DNA of 63,979 nt, counting the filler, from Dimorphilus gyrociliatus (taxonomy: Eukaryota > Animalia > Annelida), in NCBI GenBank assembly GCA_904063045.1. It is 4 parts of 4 records of this genome, joined end to end, with 100 filler letters (N's around TTAATTAATTAA, not from the genome) between each part and the next. Parts side by side here need not be neighbours in the genome. Positions count along the whole stretch, not along the records: positions 19,009 to 50,972 come from CAJFCJ010000130.1; 3 more parts are not named here. The stretch is one strand, 5' to 3'. A program made the translations under genes and the position numbers. This document shows, piece after piece, positions 22,343 through 35,700 of this stretch (position 1 is its first letter; each line of letters starts with the position of its first letter). The notes under the pieces are model-generated. The model saw only the letters and a program-made list of their open reading frames with translations, had not been told where the DNA came from and ran no database searches.

Positions 22343-25300
22343 TTTCTATGTCAGCGAAAAGCATGCACACTTTTTAAGAAGTGAGGGAGGCATGTTTGGG
22401 TAAGTATGTGTGTAAACTACAAATAATAGTAGTCTCAATGTGCAACCTTTTTATGTTTGTATGTATGAGCGATGATAGAAAGGATTGATTGATTTAGTTA
22501 CTACTTTTTAATCATTATTAACACTATTGAAGACTAGTTTTAAAATAATATATCAATAAACGCCCTCTAGTTTAATATTAATGCAATGAATTGATACTGT
22601 TACATAACGTGATGTAATAGTCTTTCATGTTGATTAGCATGTTAATAACTTATGAAACATGAACTTGTTACATTCTATCTTTGCAGACCATCAACCAGGT
22701 GAAATAAAGCTTTGGTAAATGTATAAAAGGAGATGCATATCCAAAGCTCTGTAGTCCCTAATCTCTAGCTGCAAGAAATTTAAGATAAGATTTTGGAGTG
22801 TTTCCAGGGTTGGAAAAATTCAAATTATACTTTCTCCAAGCTGTTTGGGCTGAACTTTGAGGATTGGAAAGGACATAAAGAAAAGAATTAAATTAATTGT
22901 ATGGGTTAGGGTTATTGCCAAAATTCTAATAAATAGGAGAAAAACATTTTGATAAGATGAATGTTACATCTGTTGTCTTTCATGTTTGATGTTCTTATTT
23001 CTAGACTATAATTAAGATATCAGCAAAAATTGTTCAGTTATAAGATTTTTATGATATTTTAAGAAAATAGACTTAATAAGAAGAGAGCTTTTATCATATT
23101 TCTTCATTTTTTTATTGCAGAGGCTTGCATTATGCTACGTAAAGTTGAAATTTTCCTATTAATCTATTCTTTCAATTATTAATAATAGCGAACAGTTATT
23201 CTATATTTCTTCTTTGTATTTACATTGTTTTCATTAAAAGACTCCTCTTATTTTTCTTCTTCTTTTCATTGGAATGTCACTGACTCATAGGTCAGCTTTT
23301 TTAAATTATTAGATATCATCGTATCTTTGTTTTCACTTTGATATTTTACGTCAAGAAATTCAGCTGTTCAGTACATTTTGAGTTAGGCACTGCTGCCATC
23401 TTGCGGCGATTTATAACCATATTTGTATGATAAAAAAATTATTGTGTTTTTGTGTCTAAAATGTTGATGGAACCTCAAAGTAAGTTGTAACAGATAAATA
23501 ATCATATCTAATTTGCTTATTACCAATTTATTGTAACACAGGGAATTCAGAGGATTCCACAAAAGGGTTGCAATACTTTTCCATTAAATAAACAGATTAC
23601 AATTAGACAGTCAGCTTCTTTTATAAGATGTAATGATTTTTGTAACATTCAGTTGAATTAATCAATTTAAATGTTTATAATCACCTTTACAATAAATTCA
23701 ATGTGTTCTGGATAGGAACACTACGAACACTAAACATACTCAGATCCTCCACTCTGTAAAGGATTTGATTAAGATTTATTTATTCAAATTGCAAACAGAA
23801 CTGCCAGCTATTCATTAGAAGTCAGTCTATGCAACTGCGAACTGTTGATACTTTCTCCTTTTCTCAGCATTTTTAAATTTTTAATATGGAACTCAATGAA
23901 AAACCTACTTTTATTTATGAATTTCACTGAAGCATTGGTACATATAGAACATCAACTATGTCTTTAAGCAGGTAGGGTTATCTTTAGCTGTATTGCTAAT
24001 ATCTACTTGTATTACAAGTGAGGGTTGGAGAGAACATAAAAAGCAGAATCACATCACATAGGTAGGATATAGTTATAAATAAAATACTAAAAAATAGGAC
24101 ATTTTCTTGGAAACTTATTTTATTTATTGTAGTACTTTGATATGCATATGCCAAATCCAAGTAAGATCTGCTGATATCAAGCAATCTTGCAGGAGTTAAT
24201 TCTCCTTCAGTTCACTAAACTATACTTAGGTAAATTTTGATTGAAGTCGCCATTTGGTAATGATATCAAAAGATTTTCTGAAATTGATTTCCAATTGAAA
24301 ACAATGGCAGCATGGATAAAAAGCAATTTTGCAATGAATTTACTCCAAGAAGCACTAATGAAAGTATGTACTACATTATTATTATTTTTCCTATAATGCT
24401 CAGTTTTCATTGTTTGTTTTATTTCCAGAGAGGACGTCTCATTGGAAATTACTATTTCAAGTGTGGCGCATGCGCTCTAGCTCCAAGATCCAAGAAATGC
24501 CAAAGAATCATTAGATTGTGCATGTTGAAATTTGCAATTGCAATTTCAAAATTGTAATGGAAAGTCAATATAAAGAATTTAAGAGATTTTAGTTTTTTAA
24601 ATAGCCATCTTCATTCAAAGAATGGAATGTTATTTTATATAATAAATATTCTGATTCCTTCAAATCCTAAATCTTTCTGTACTGTGTTTTTTATCCTTTT
24701 TTTAGTAATCATAGGAACTTCTTTTATTTGACAAGATATAACTTTCTCTTCATTCATTTACTATTCACCCAAGCATTTTCTTTTTAGTAAACTTAGAGGA
24801 GTAAATGATTACCATAACCAAGAATAGCTACATATTCATATTGGTTTTGGGCAATAAAGAATGCCTTGTCTTGTTGTAACAATTTTATGCATAAGAGAAT
24901 TCTATTGGTGTGTAGGTCTTATGAGTAGACAGATTAGTTGGCGAGGATTAATTACCCTGTTTCATATCTGTATCTTGGTGCCTTTATTGGCAGAGTAGAG
25001 TCATATCTCACTTACATGTTACCCATTATGGTACTTTTATTTTTGTTTTTAAATTATCCAGTCTCGTTTAAAAAGAATTCTGCTCTTTGGAATTTTCCTA
25101 ATAAACATTCCAAAAGCGTAAACATTACATTTCTCATTCTCAAAAGTCTTTACTCTGACCTTATTAATTGTAAAGTAAAACTATCTATTTTTTCTTCATA
25201 AAAATAAACCCTTCCTGTTCATTAGTTCATTATCTTTATCTTCACCATTCCGACAATCAATCTTTCCATCTTTTTTGTAGAATTCTGTCCTCACAACTAA

Positions 25301-25828
25301 ACTGTATTTTGGAATTGAAGTCTATTTTTTTTTAAATAATAAAGAAAGTTTGAATTTTCAAATTTTAAAACACTATCTTCTACATAAGTATTTGAAATAC
25401 TTTCCACTATAAAACAGTTATGATTCCAGCTGTCATAACAATTTCTTTCATTGTTACAAATTTCCTTATCTGTATATGCCATATTAATAAAAACACCATT
25501 GTTTTCAGATGTAAATTTTCAACAGAAATTTGTGAATTTTGTAAAAAAAAGTAATTTCAAATCAGGAATAATCTTTGTAAAAAAGACAAACAAAAAGACA
25601 AACATTTTTTTTTCAATATAAAAATTTACTTTGCAATTTTTGACAAATGAACAAATGAGAAAGCGTTTGAGAGCAACTCACAAAATTATAGTCCATATGA
25701 TATCAGATAGATTAGATCTATGATTTGACAATTGATTGTTGTATAGTATTTTTCCGCTGGATTTCAACAATTTACAGTCTGAAAATATTCAAAAATGGAG
25801 GAAGAGAATGTCTTTGATTGTCTTTTTT

Positions 25829-26034
25829 GGGATCGACAGAAAACGTCTACAAATAAGAAATTTCGAGACTAGATTTTGGATTGAGAAATGGTTAGGGAGA
25901 GGAAGACAGCAACTGATTTGTACTTAGAAGGGTCTCCTCTAACGGTTAGGGGTATTGGAAAAGATTAGGAACTGTCAAAGGCTGGATTAGGTTAGGGTAA
26001 AACCACTGATCTGTGGACGTTTTCTGTCGCGTCC
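25829..26034. mobile_element. MITE, about 206 bp, with telomere-like internal motifs (copy 1)
   Basis: TIRs GGGATCGACAGAAAACGTC and GACGTTTTCTGTCGCGTCC; internal TTAGGG/TTAGG motifs. Confidence 0.75.
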
Positions 26035-27314
26035 GTCTTTTTTGTTTACTCGACTCTGTAACCTCGTTAATGTATTTTGCATTTAAAACACAAGCGCTAT
26101 TTAAAGCATCAGGAATAAATCTTTTTAGAATAGAAGAAACGTTTCAGTGATGGATGGCCACTTAAATTTGACAAATCTATTGTAGATTATTTCTATTGTT
26201 TTATAAAAGATACTTTTAGTAGAATATCAACTTTTTCTATTTTGTTTAATTTGTTACCTGTTAATTCAAAAAATGTACAATTGAAACTGTATTTATCCAT
26301 TTTTGTTTTAATAATCTCAATTTTCATGTTTGATGTTTTATTAAACCATACAAAACTTGAAAGTTTGAAATTGCAGTTAGGGTTAGAAGATTGAAAAATT
26401 AGTTGAACCGCAAATTTTTTCCTCTCATTTTCAAAGCCAATAACTTGATAAATATTTTCATTGTTCCTTAAAAGTAATTTGTGTTAAACTTAATCTAAAA
26501 TCCTTTTCTCCGAGTTTGCTGCAGCTATTTCTCGTCCTACTGCAAAATTATTTCCCTACTATACATATTGTTGATTTTTTTCAAAAAGAATTACTGTTGC
26601 TGCCAGTTTATTTTTCTTTAATTTAAAATGAGAGTATACTGAGTCGTATCCCAAATTTTTGCAAAGATTTTTTCTCTGTTTCAGTGAAAGGCTCCTGTGC
26701 GAAAAAAATGGAAAGATTCTGGTTTATTTGATTTTACTTTTGAAAATCCTTGAATAAATATTTTTCTGTTGAAATCTTTTAAAAGTGATAGAGAAACATT
26801 TCCAAGCATATTTGCATTTGAAAATTGCAATAAAAAGATTAAAAATTAATGGGACATTGAAGAATTTTAAGCAAAAATTCTCTGACATTTATAATTAACA
26901 AAAGGTTTGAATTAATAAACCCTCAAGTGTCCATTGTAACTTTATTTATCATTTTATTTTCATTTTATTGAGTTGTTGTAATTCTATACCATCTAGAAAA
27001 TAATGAATATAAATATGTAAAAGCCTATGAAAAGGAAATTTCACTATTAAAGTAGAATTGATCTCTAGAAAATGTGTTGAAAAATTTAAATTTAAAGAAA
27101 AGAATTTTTGAAGAGAAAAAGATAAAATATTTATTTACTAATAGAAATTATTTCAATTAAACATTGTTGAACATTTTATAAAACATTACATTTGGTAATT
27201 TGTTATTGTCATTGGTAAATGTTGACTGTTCAAAAATTATATATACTTTTCGTAATGAATTGCAAAAAATTCTATATTTTTTTCACAATTCTATCATTTC
27301 ATTCAAGTTTTACA

Positions 27315-30300
27315 GGCAAAGTATTTCAACTATTTAATTATAATATTTTAGTTTTTTAAATTAACAGTATGTTGTAAATTCGACAAAGATTGTTTATATT
27401 CCTATGGAAAATGTATTAATGGAGTTTGTCAATGTGATTATTCTTATGATAAAGAGATTTGTAGTTTAGGTAGATATTTTGTAACTTAATGTTTAATAAA
27501 GATTTTTATCACATTTTTATCTTCATTTTTACAAGGTGTTGATTATGTATCTACTAGATCCGATTGTTATGGAAATGATATAAAATCGACAGCATTACAA
27601 AACCATGTGCCTATTTCAACACAACTTTCACAATGTTTCAAGCTGTGTCAAAACACAATTGGCTGTAATAGTTTGACAATGACAGTTAAATTTTCTGCGA
27701 AGAAGAATAAATGTTATTTGAAGAAAAAATGCAATTATAGAATATATAAAGGAGGTTATTTCGACATGCTTTTAACAATGATCCATGTAGGTAAGATAAT
27801 GTTTGCTCTAAAAAGAGAACATTTTAACAAATATCATATTTCTTCCTGTAGATGAATTTGAAAGTCAATTGTGTCATGATGATTCAATAAAAGAGGTGAT
27901 CGTTGAGCAGTGTCTCTACATTCTTTGGAGAAAATACTCAAATTGTTCTTCTGGAAGATATTGGTATGATAAAAATTATAATAAATGGCATGAGAAATAT
28001 TTAAATGATGTCAATTCAATTTATGAAATAAAAAATGATATTCAAGAATATGGAAATGTAAATAATAATTTTGAAATTTTAAATATTTCAAATTCTTCTA
28101 GAGAATCTTTGCGAAATAATTTTTGTCACGGCATTCCATCTAGTGGAAAATACAATATTGCTTATAAAAAAGAAATAGAACATAATGGCAGAATTTCGAA
28201 TCCAGAAGAGATCTATCATATAAATCATATAGTAGATGGTATAAAAAATTCAAATGAACAGCTGGGTGGTTGTTCAAAACTATTAAAATTGAATACTATA
28301 GACGATAGTTCTCTTCCAATTTGGTTAATTATTGATCTAATTACGGATTATACAATAAGAGATATAGATATCTATTTGCCAAATAGGAGATTAGAAATTG
28401 GAATTCTTGAAATATCTGTTCAAAAATTCAAAAATATTCTCTTTACAAACAATTCTTGTATTACAAATATTTTTGTAAATATAACAAAAGAGATAAATAG
28501 ATTTACGTGTCAAAATTCTACCGTACCTGGTCAATATATCAACATTTCATTTATAGATACAAAACCGGAAGTGGTAATATGCGAAATTGAAATTTATACA
28601 AGTAAGAAAAATTTATAATTAGTCATTTTTGAAATGTTATTAACAACAATAAAACCAATCAATAAATAGATAATTTAGCGTTAAACGCTGATGTATTTGT
28701 TCTATCTGTTCAAAATTCAAAAAGTTATGGAGAATATTCACTAGAAGAGAAACATCTTTCACAAATGTATATTTCTAAAAAGCAAAAAGATCATTATTTC
28801 TCAATTGATCTATATGGAAAATTTCTTATATATGAAATATTTGTCTTTGAAATCTTTACAAAACGATTAAAAGTGTTTATATTCAATAAACATTTCTTAT
28901 TGAATAAAACTTTAAGCGCCGACGAAAAATGCTCACAAGTTCTTAATGAATTAAAAGGGGAAACTACTTCGATTGTGTGCAATAGGCCTATTATTGGACA
29001 ATTTGTTATGCTAAATGCCTACAGTAATAAAAACACTCAAATGAAATTGAGAAGAATTGAAATTATAGGCCTTTACATTGACAAACCTGGTAATAAAAGA
29101 TTTTTAGTAAACAATTCAAACATTATAGCAAAATTTAACTGTTTTATTTTATTATTAGATTTTATAAATATTGCAAGAGGGAAACCATGTTGGCAATCTT
29201 CCAACTATATAAATGTTAATCATACTGAATATCCATTTTATGCAACATTTGCTACTGATGGTTTTAGCAGACAACATTGCTGTATTACTAACTATGAAAA
29301 ATTTAAATGGTTTTATGTAGACCTTCTTAACCAATATAGAATATTTTACATTGGAATAAAAATGAGACATGTTAGTTATGGTATGTAAAAACATATGCAA
29401 GAAAAAATAATCAACCATTTTGATGGGGATTCGACAGAAAACGGCTCCGAAAGCATGGTTTTACCCTATCCCTAAACCATCCCCTATGTATCTCCAATCT
29501 TTTTCATTACCCCTAACCCTTGAGTGGGACCCCCCTAACTATAAATCAATCAATGCTTTTTTTCTCCTAACCATTTCTAAACCCAAAAAGCTGCCTTCAA
29601 CTATCCTACTTGAGGCCGTTTTCTGTCGATTCCTTTTGATGGTAGTCTTTTATAATTGTATTTTGTAGGAATTTCAAATATTTACAGTTTTTCTATTGAA
29701 TATTTTTAAATCTAGTTCACAGATATAAAAATATGATATATAACATTTTGGCTAAAAGAAACAATTCCATTAATTCTGGAATGGTAAATACTTCAGCTTG
29801 CTTATCAAATGACCTTGACAATTTAAAATCACGAATTGGTAGTACACTAATATGGAATTGTTTTCCGCCAAATGTTGGTCGTTTCTTAAATATAAAAGAA
29901 ACTACTGCAAATTATTTGAACTTATATGAACTTTATATTTATGGTGAATTATTTGAAGAATACCAACAACATCAAAATTATCAATTAGAAATTCCACTTG
30001 TTGAAGCAACTACAAATTTAAATTCATCTTGGGATAAAAATAATTCTCCTCTAAAATTAATTGATAACAATTTCTACAATGTTGAAACTATTCCAAAATA
30101 TTCTTCTTGTTCAGAAATAACATCAACAGAAGATATTTTTTTAACAATTAAATTTGATGATAAATATTTTGTGGAACAAATTATCTTTCAACCAATTATT
30201 GATGTTGAAAGCTCTTTAGACTATATTTTCTTTTATGTTTCAACATCAAATATTAATCACAAAATATTTTGTGAAAGTATCAAAAGCGATAACATAAAAC

Positions 30301-30763
30301 CATCAAATAAACAACTTTTGGAAATTAATTGTGAAACATCAGTTGTTGGAAATCAATTGTTGACTATTAAAAAGAAATCAGCTTTCAATCATTTTTTAAG
30401 TTTTTGTGAACTTAAAGTATTTGGAAGGAAACAAAGTAAAAAAAAAATTTTTTCAGATACATTAAATTTTTTACTTTTTTTTATCAAGGCAATGAAGACT
30501 ATCAACTTGAGTTAAGTGTTGTTAAAGAAGCAAAGCTAATTTTAAAAAGTGTTGACGGATTATTTGTAAAGACTGAGAAAAGAAAACATTTCTTCTCTTG
30601 TATTTCCTACTGCCAATCAACAAATTGCTCAGCATTTTCTTATCACTTCATAGAAAAAACTTGTATGGTTACTACTTTAAATGTAACAAAAGGAACTGAA
30701 AGTTTGCAACATTCAGTTGTAGTGTACTCTTTGTTTAGAGACAGTGATAATATTTATTGTTGA
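27315..30763 (+). CDS. Multi-exon secreted lectin-like gene: Cys-rich EB/EGF module, PAN/apple domains and several fucolectin (F-type)/FA58C-like domains; possibly partly disrupted
   Basis: CCKFDKDCLYSYGKCINGVCQC; DCYGNDIK..CFKLCQNTIGCNS..CYLKKKC (PAN); NIARGKPCWQSS..FATDG..WFYVDL (fucolectin); repeated ..CEIEI / FCELKVFG domain ends; final PAN-like exon ends TGA at 30761-63; short GT-AG introns. Could be more than one gene. Confidence 0.7.
29427..29633. mobile_element. MITE, about 207 bp (copy 2, opposite orientation), intronic
   Basis: TIRs GGATTCGACAGAAAACGG and CCGTTTTCTGTCGATTCC; internal CCCTAA motifs; collinear with the reverse complement of copy 1. Confidence 0.8.
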
Positions 30764-30872
30764 GCATAGATTGATCATTAAAAGGGAAACAATGTGTAAT
30801 ACCACATTTTCTTTCTCTTATGATAAGAATATCATTTTTGTCCATTGTCTCTTATAAATGTATTTAAAAGTT

Positions 30873-31835
30873 TTAAAGATTTGGCAATGATGAACCACCA
30901 CTTATATTCAACTTTGAACCAGTAATGTTATGACCTGTTTCATCATTTGCAATGAAAAATGCAAATTCTGCAATTTCTTCAGGACACGGAATTCTTTTTA
31001 AAAGTAACTCTGTCACTTTCTTTTCCTTTTGCTTTATTTCATTGCTTTATCGCTCTCTTCTTTTGATAAATAACCATCGGTGACGAATATATCAGTTTTT
31101 ACGGGTCATGGAAGGAGAGCATTTACTCTAACAGATCCATCCTTTCTAACAGCTGTTAAAATAGATGTTTTTGAAAATGTCCATTAAAGTTGTAGTATTT
31201 TCTTACATTTTGCAGCCAATAGTGTTGCAGTATTCATTCCAGATTTCCTAAAACGTCTGGAGATAGATAAGATATCTAAAAAGTGTAAGAATGACGTAAG
31301 TAAATGACTATAAATTGCAAAAAGAGAGAACATTAAAAATTTTACAGGAAGAATATCAGATGCTACACTACTAATCTTGACAATATTTCCTTTCGTCTCT
31401 TTTAAGAATGGATATCCTAATTTCATAAAAAAGAATTGGTGCCCTGGTGTGTAATTTCTACATGAAATCAAAATCATCTATATTTGCATCAAGAAAATCT
31501 TTATGAATTCCGTATCCAGCGTTATTAATCAAAACATATAATCTTTGAAATTTTTGTCAAAGACATTTTGAATTTATTCATCAATTAAAATATCACAACT
31601 CAATGCCAAAATCTGTTGGGAAATTAGAAAAAAACTTTTTAAAATATTCTATTTTTTATTCCTTTTTCTTTTTACAAACATCTTTTTCTGTTAAACCTTC
31701 TTTGATACACAATTCAGCAGTTTCTTCAAGTTTTTTCAATGTTCTTCCAATGATTGTCAATCTGTAATCATTCTTCTTTAATATATCAATCATAAAGAGG
31801 TCAAGATAGATATTTTATGGCAAAAGCTATTGGAG
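30873..31835 (-). pseudogene. Short-chain dehydrogenase/reductase (FabG-like) pseudogene
   Basis: IIGRTLKKLEETAELC, LINNAG, PFLKETKGNIVKISSV, VRVNALLP*PVKTDIF (TGA at 31106-08 where Gly is expected), PEEIAEFAFFIA..ITGSKLNISGG; several frameshifts. 5' boundary is approximate. Confidence 0.75.
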
Positions 31836-32148
31836 AGTGAGTATGTGTGTGTGTGTGTGATTTGGCGCGTTGTACTTTAGAGCATATCTTCAGAATTTGA
31901 GGTTATGTCTTGTTTCTTTTATAGTGTTACTTCAATACTCTGAAATGAAAAGCACAAGAATCAATTATGGATTTTGGATAAATCTTTGTTACAGCTCTTG
32001 CACAGATCAGTCTCATAATCTGTTGTTACAATAAACAAAAAAAATTAATGTTTAGTATGGTTTATTTTGACTTAGCTATCAATAATTCAACATATTCATT
32101 TACATCATTTATAGCATTCTATTTCAAGGTAAAGGTTAATAATAATAT

Positions 32149-34603
32149 TCACTGACTTGGTCCAACTGATGTGAGTTTTTTATCACTTTGCGCTGTTCTT
32201 AATGTTTCTGCATTGACAAAGAATAACGCATATACTTAAGGTAAAAATAGACAGAGTAGTGTAAGAAATCCATTGGTTATTAAACAAATACCCAAGACAA
32301 TTACTTTATAATAAGCATAAAACATTGTGAAATAGGTTGGCAATAATACAATCCACAAAAACATTGTTGTTGCCACAGAAACAAATATATACCAAGATTC
32401 ATTAAAATTTTCAGGTAATTTCCTACCAAGGTAACCAAGGGTTACGCATAATGCTAGCAAGAATAGATTAAATCCCAGTGGAATAGCTAAAGCTATTGGT
32501 GGATTTGAACACGTTAATTCAACTCTCTTTTCGATTTCTATTGGTTGTATTTTTTCCGATGTTGGTTTCCATAAAATCAAACTCGTGATTATCAATCTCA
32601 TTTCAATTGTTAAAAAAAACAAATGTTAATATCATAAGGGCTTTATTACTGGACATTCTAAGCTGTTGTTTACCTTTTCCACCAGCCGCAAAGATTCTGT
32701 AAACCCGCTGCGTTTTCATCAATAGAGGAGTGTAGATGAGAGACGCTCCGGCATGAAATCCTATTCGATTTAACAAACAAGTAAGAAATGATGGTTTTGC
32801 AATTGGAATTAAAACTGTTGAATATTCTACTGTACTTCCGCAAAGAATTACAACGGATAGTTGATGAGATGACGCTTTAATAATTTTCTCATTTCTATAA
32901 ATAATATATATAATAATAATAATAATGTTACATAATAATCCAACTATTGATAAAATCAATAAAAGAATTCCAAGCGGATCATCCTATCTTACAAATTCAT
33001 CATCAATTTTAAGACAATTCAAAGCTTTTTCAGAATCTGGAAAAATCAAAAAAAATTTTTATGCTTTTAAAATCTTTAAATTTTCAAAAATCATTCCAAA
33101 CCTGGCCAGTAAAATTTTGGGCACTTTTCACAATCAGTTTGGTTATTTATTAGAATTTCATTCTCTCTACAATTTTTACAAAGCCAACAGCATTTAAGTT
33201 CCTGTTGTACTTTGATTTGTTTGTCTTTACACGGAAAACAACAAACTGAAGTTGTATTGAAACTTTTAAATATATTCAATGTTTCAGTGAGTTTTAAATA
33301 CGTTCCAACAGTTTCTTTATTCCATACATTGTTATCCCAAGTGCAACGATAAATCTCGAATAAACCGTACATATCGCCTTTATCATTGAATATATAACGA
33401 ACACCGCTCAGAGCAGATATTTGAGCTTTTCTTAAGTAATGCAGGACACTTTCTCCAGTTATGCATCCGTTCTAAAGATATTTTGAAAGTTATGTATATA
33501 AATTTATATATATGTATGTAATGAGGTTGGGTGCTAAAGTTCCCATTAATTAGGGTTAGGGTTAGGGTATTTGTTGAACACCCCTTACCAATTTAAATTT
33601 TATTAAATAATAAAATAAAACTGTTTTAAATAGCGTTTTTCATACTACAACTTTCAAAATTGATTTATCTCGAAAGGCTTCTGGACATTCGACTGATATG
33701 AGATCTTTTAACGCTTTTACGTAAACGTCTATACCGTCGGCTATTTTACTTTCGGCTGTTTCGTAATTAGGTTTTAGTTCGAACATTTTGTTGTATTTTT
33801 TGCATGTTGTATTAAAATCACAATTTCCGTAGTGTTCCCATTGTCTTTTTGTCCAAGGAATAACTGGTTCTGTTGGTGTTAGTTCATTAAAATATTTTTC
33901 AAATTCTATATCTCTAACAGCCGGATATACAAACATAAAACTTCCGTGTTGTATATAGCCCGGATGACGCCCGAAAGCGTCTGCCCCAAAAAAAAATGAA
34001 TTTTTCGTTGGGTGCCATCCTATTCATTGTTGAAAGTAGCATATTTCTCATAATTGGATGTAGAAAGAATACAATTATTCTTGCATTTTTAGTATCGAGC
34101 ATCTTTGCAACAATTTCATCGTAATCGTCAGAGCAATCTTGACTAAATCTTTTCGAATAACCATATTCCATATTTTTTAGTGTTCTTTTCCACATTTTTT
34201 GCTGCATTTTCCTCATAGGATCCTTCCATGTAAAGTAATTGAATATATATGTCCATCCAAAAGTTTTCATAACATCTGCCATAGCCTCTGTTGCGAATGT
34301 GTCTGATGGTACAAGTCGGGAGAAATACCTAAAACGGGCCTTATTTGACAATTCTACAGATGTTGAATAAACTCCAAGTGTAGGTAATTTTAATGCCGAT
34401 GTTAATCCAGCCATTGAGATGGATTGATCATCAGATGATGGAAATTCAGCTAATGGATAAACTGAATTTGAATATGATATAAAAAGTAGCCAAACTAAAT
34501 ATTTAAGCATTATCAAATCAAAATCGTAAAATATCAATTGCTCTGCCCAGTCTGGGAAGAAGTAAGGATAACTAATGCAATGTATATTTATAGTAAACAT
34601 CAT
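32149..34603 (-). pseudogene. Metabotropic glutamate receptor-like class C GPCR, disrupted
   Basis: Venus-flytrap motifs YSTSVELSNKARFRYFSRLVPSD..FGWTY, Cys-rich CCWLCKNC..C and 7TM_3 motifs LLMKTQRVYRIF and RKLPENFNES. Multiple frameshifts and an in-frame TAA at 32236-38 (LFLP*VY). Confidence 0.85.
33550..33567 (+). repeat. Interstitial (TTAGGG)3
   Basis: Three perfect units inside an intron of the mGluR-like locus. Confidence 0.85.
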
Positions 34604-35061
34604 CCATTAAAAAATTTGTAAAGATATTAAAAGAAAACACTATTCAATGATTGAAATAGAGAGTATCCCGACCCTGTGAGTGAAAACAGTTACCTTTTAG
34701 GTAAAAAAAGAAAATTAGTTTCTAAAATACTCTCAGAATAATTAATTTATAACTAACAAACACAATTTGCTAAAGAGGCGTGTAAACAATACAAACATTA
34801 AGAAAAAATAAAAACATTGTTATTTGGCGTAATAAAAGGGTGTTTTCCATAATTATACTAATTTTAATGTAAAAAGGAAAGAGATTTCTCTATAAGAAGA
34901 TTGAAGAGAGGGGGAGGAGACTTTAACCCATAAATCAGAACCATTTTGGTGTTTCAATGTTATTGTTTAATATTTATTCTAAATAACATTAAAGCTAAAA
35001 TATAAGAAGAGATAAAATTCAAAATTTATTCTTTGAAGAAAACAAACAAACGTTTACAACT

Positions 35062-35700
35062 TTATTTTATCAATTGTGACAAACTTTCAATACTTAGTAT
35101 ATCTTTGATGTTCACAAGAAAACATTGTTGATTTTGTCGTGTTTGATATTGTCCCCATATTGTTTTATCTTTATTGATTCTTAAACCAACATTGTTTTCA
35201 TTTCCTTGAACTTGTTGAAAAATTTCAAAATTCATATTTCCAACTTCTCCTATCAGTCCTCCGATATTTAAATACTACCTGTTCATTGGTCTATCAATAT
35301 TGATGTTTAGATATTCTCTTTCAAATGTATTCTGAAATTTTTCAATAACAAGAGAAAATAACTGTTGATGGGAAATAACGAATTTATCTCCAAAGCATTG
35401 TAGAACATATATTCCAATTTTATGTTCAGTAGAATGAGAATTCCAACTAAATGAGCACAATTTATTCCAAAATATATTTAATTGTTACTTTTTCCTTGTA
35501 AAAAGGAGAATCCATATTAGTTACAAGATATATACCAGAGAAACTTTTATTTACTAAATAAACAATACAAAAATGAATTGTATGTTAGACATTTATTTGA
35601 AATGGAAACTGGTAAAAAAAAATAAATCAAACCGCTGTTATCGCATCTGTGAAGATATACTTTCTGTTTGAATATGTCTTCAGAATCAACATATTTTCAT
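35062..35700 (-). pseudogene. ITIH-C-terminal-domain gene remnant, paralog of 54529-55440
   Basis: REYLNINIDRPMNR*YLNIGGLIGEVGNMNFEIF..CFLVNIKDIL aligns with KHLNINLK..NGLIGDIGKKEYTFY..CWLMNVNDIL; in-frame TAG at 35275-77. Upstream fragments to about 37713 may belong to the same gene. Confidence 0.55.

Noticed and set aside
23400-24560. Possible spliced plus-strand gene (clear gtatgt..ttccag intron near 24363-24428)
   Set aside because: I could not assemble a consistent ORF or recognise any domain.
33550-33567. TTAGGG repeats as a true chromosome end
   Set aside because: Only three units, internal to an intron; better explained as interstitial or MITE-related.
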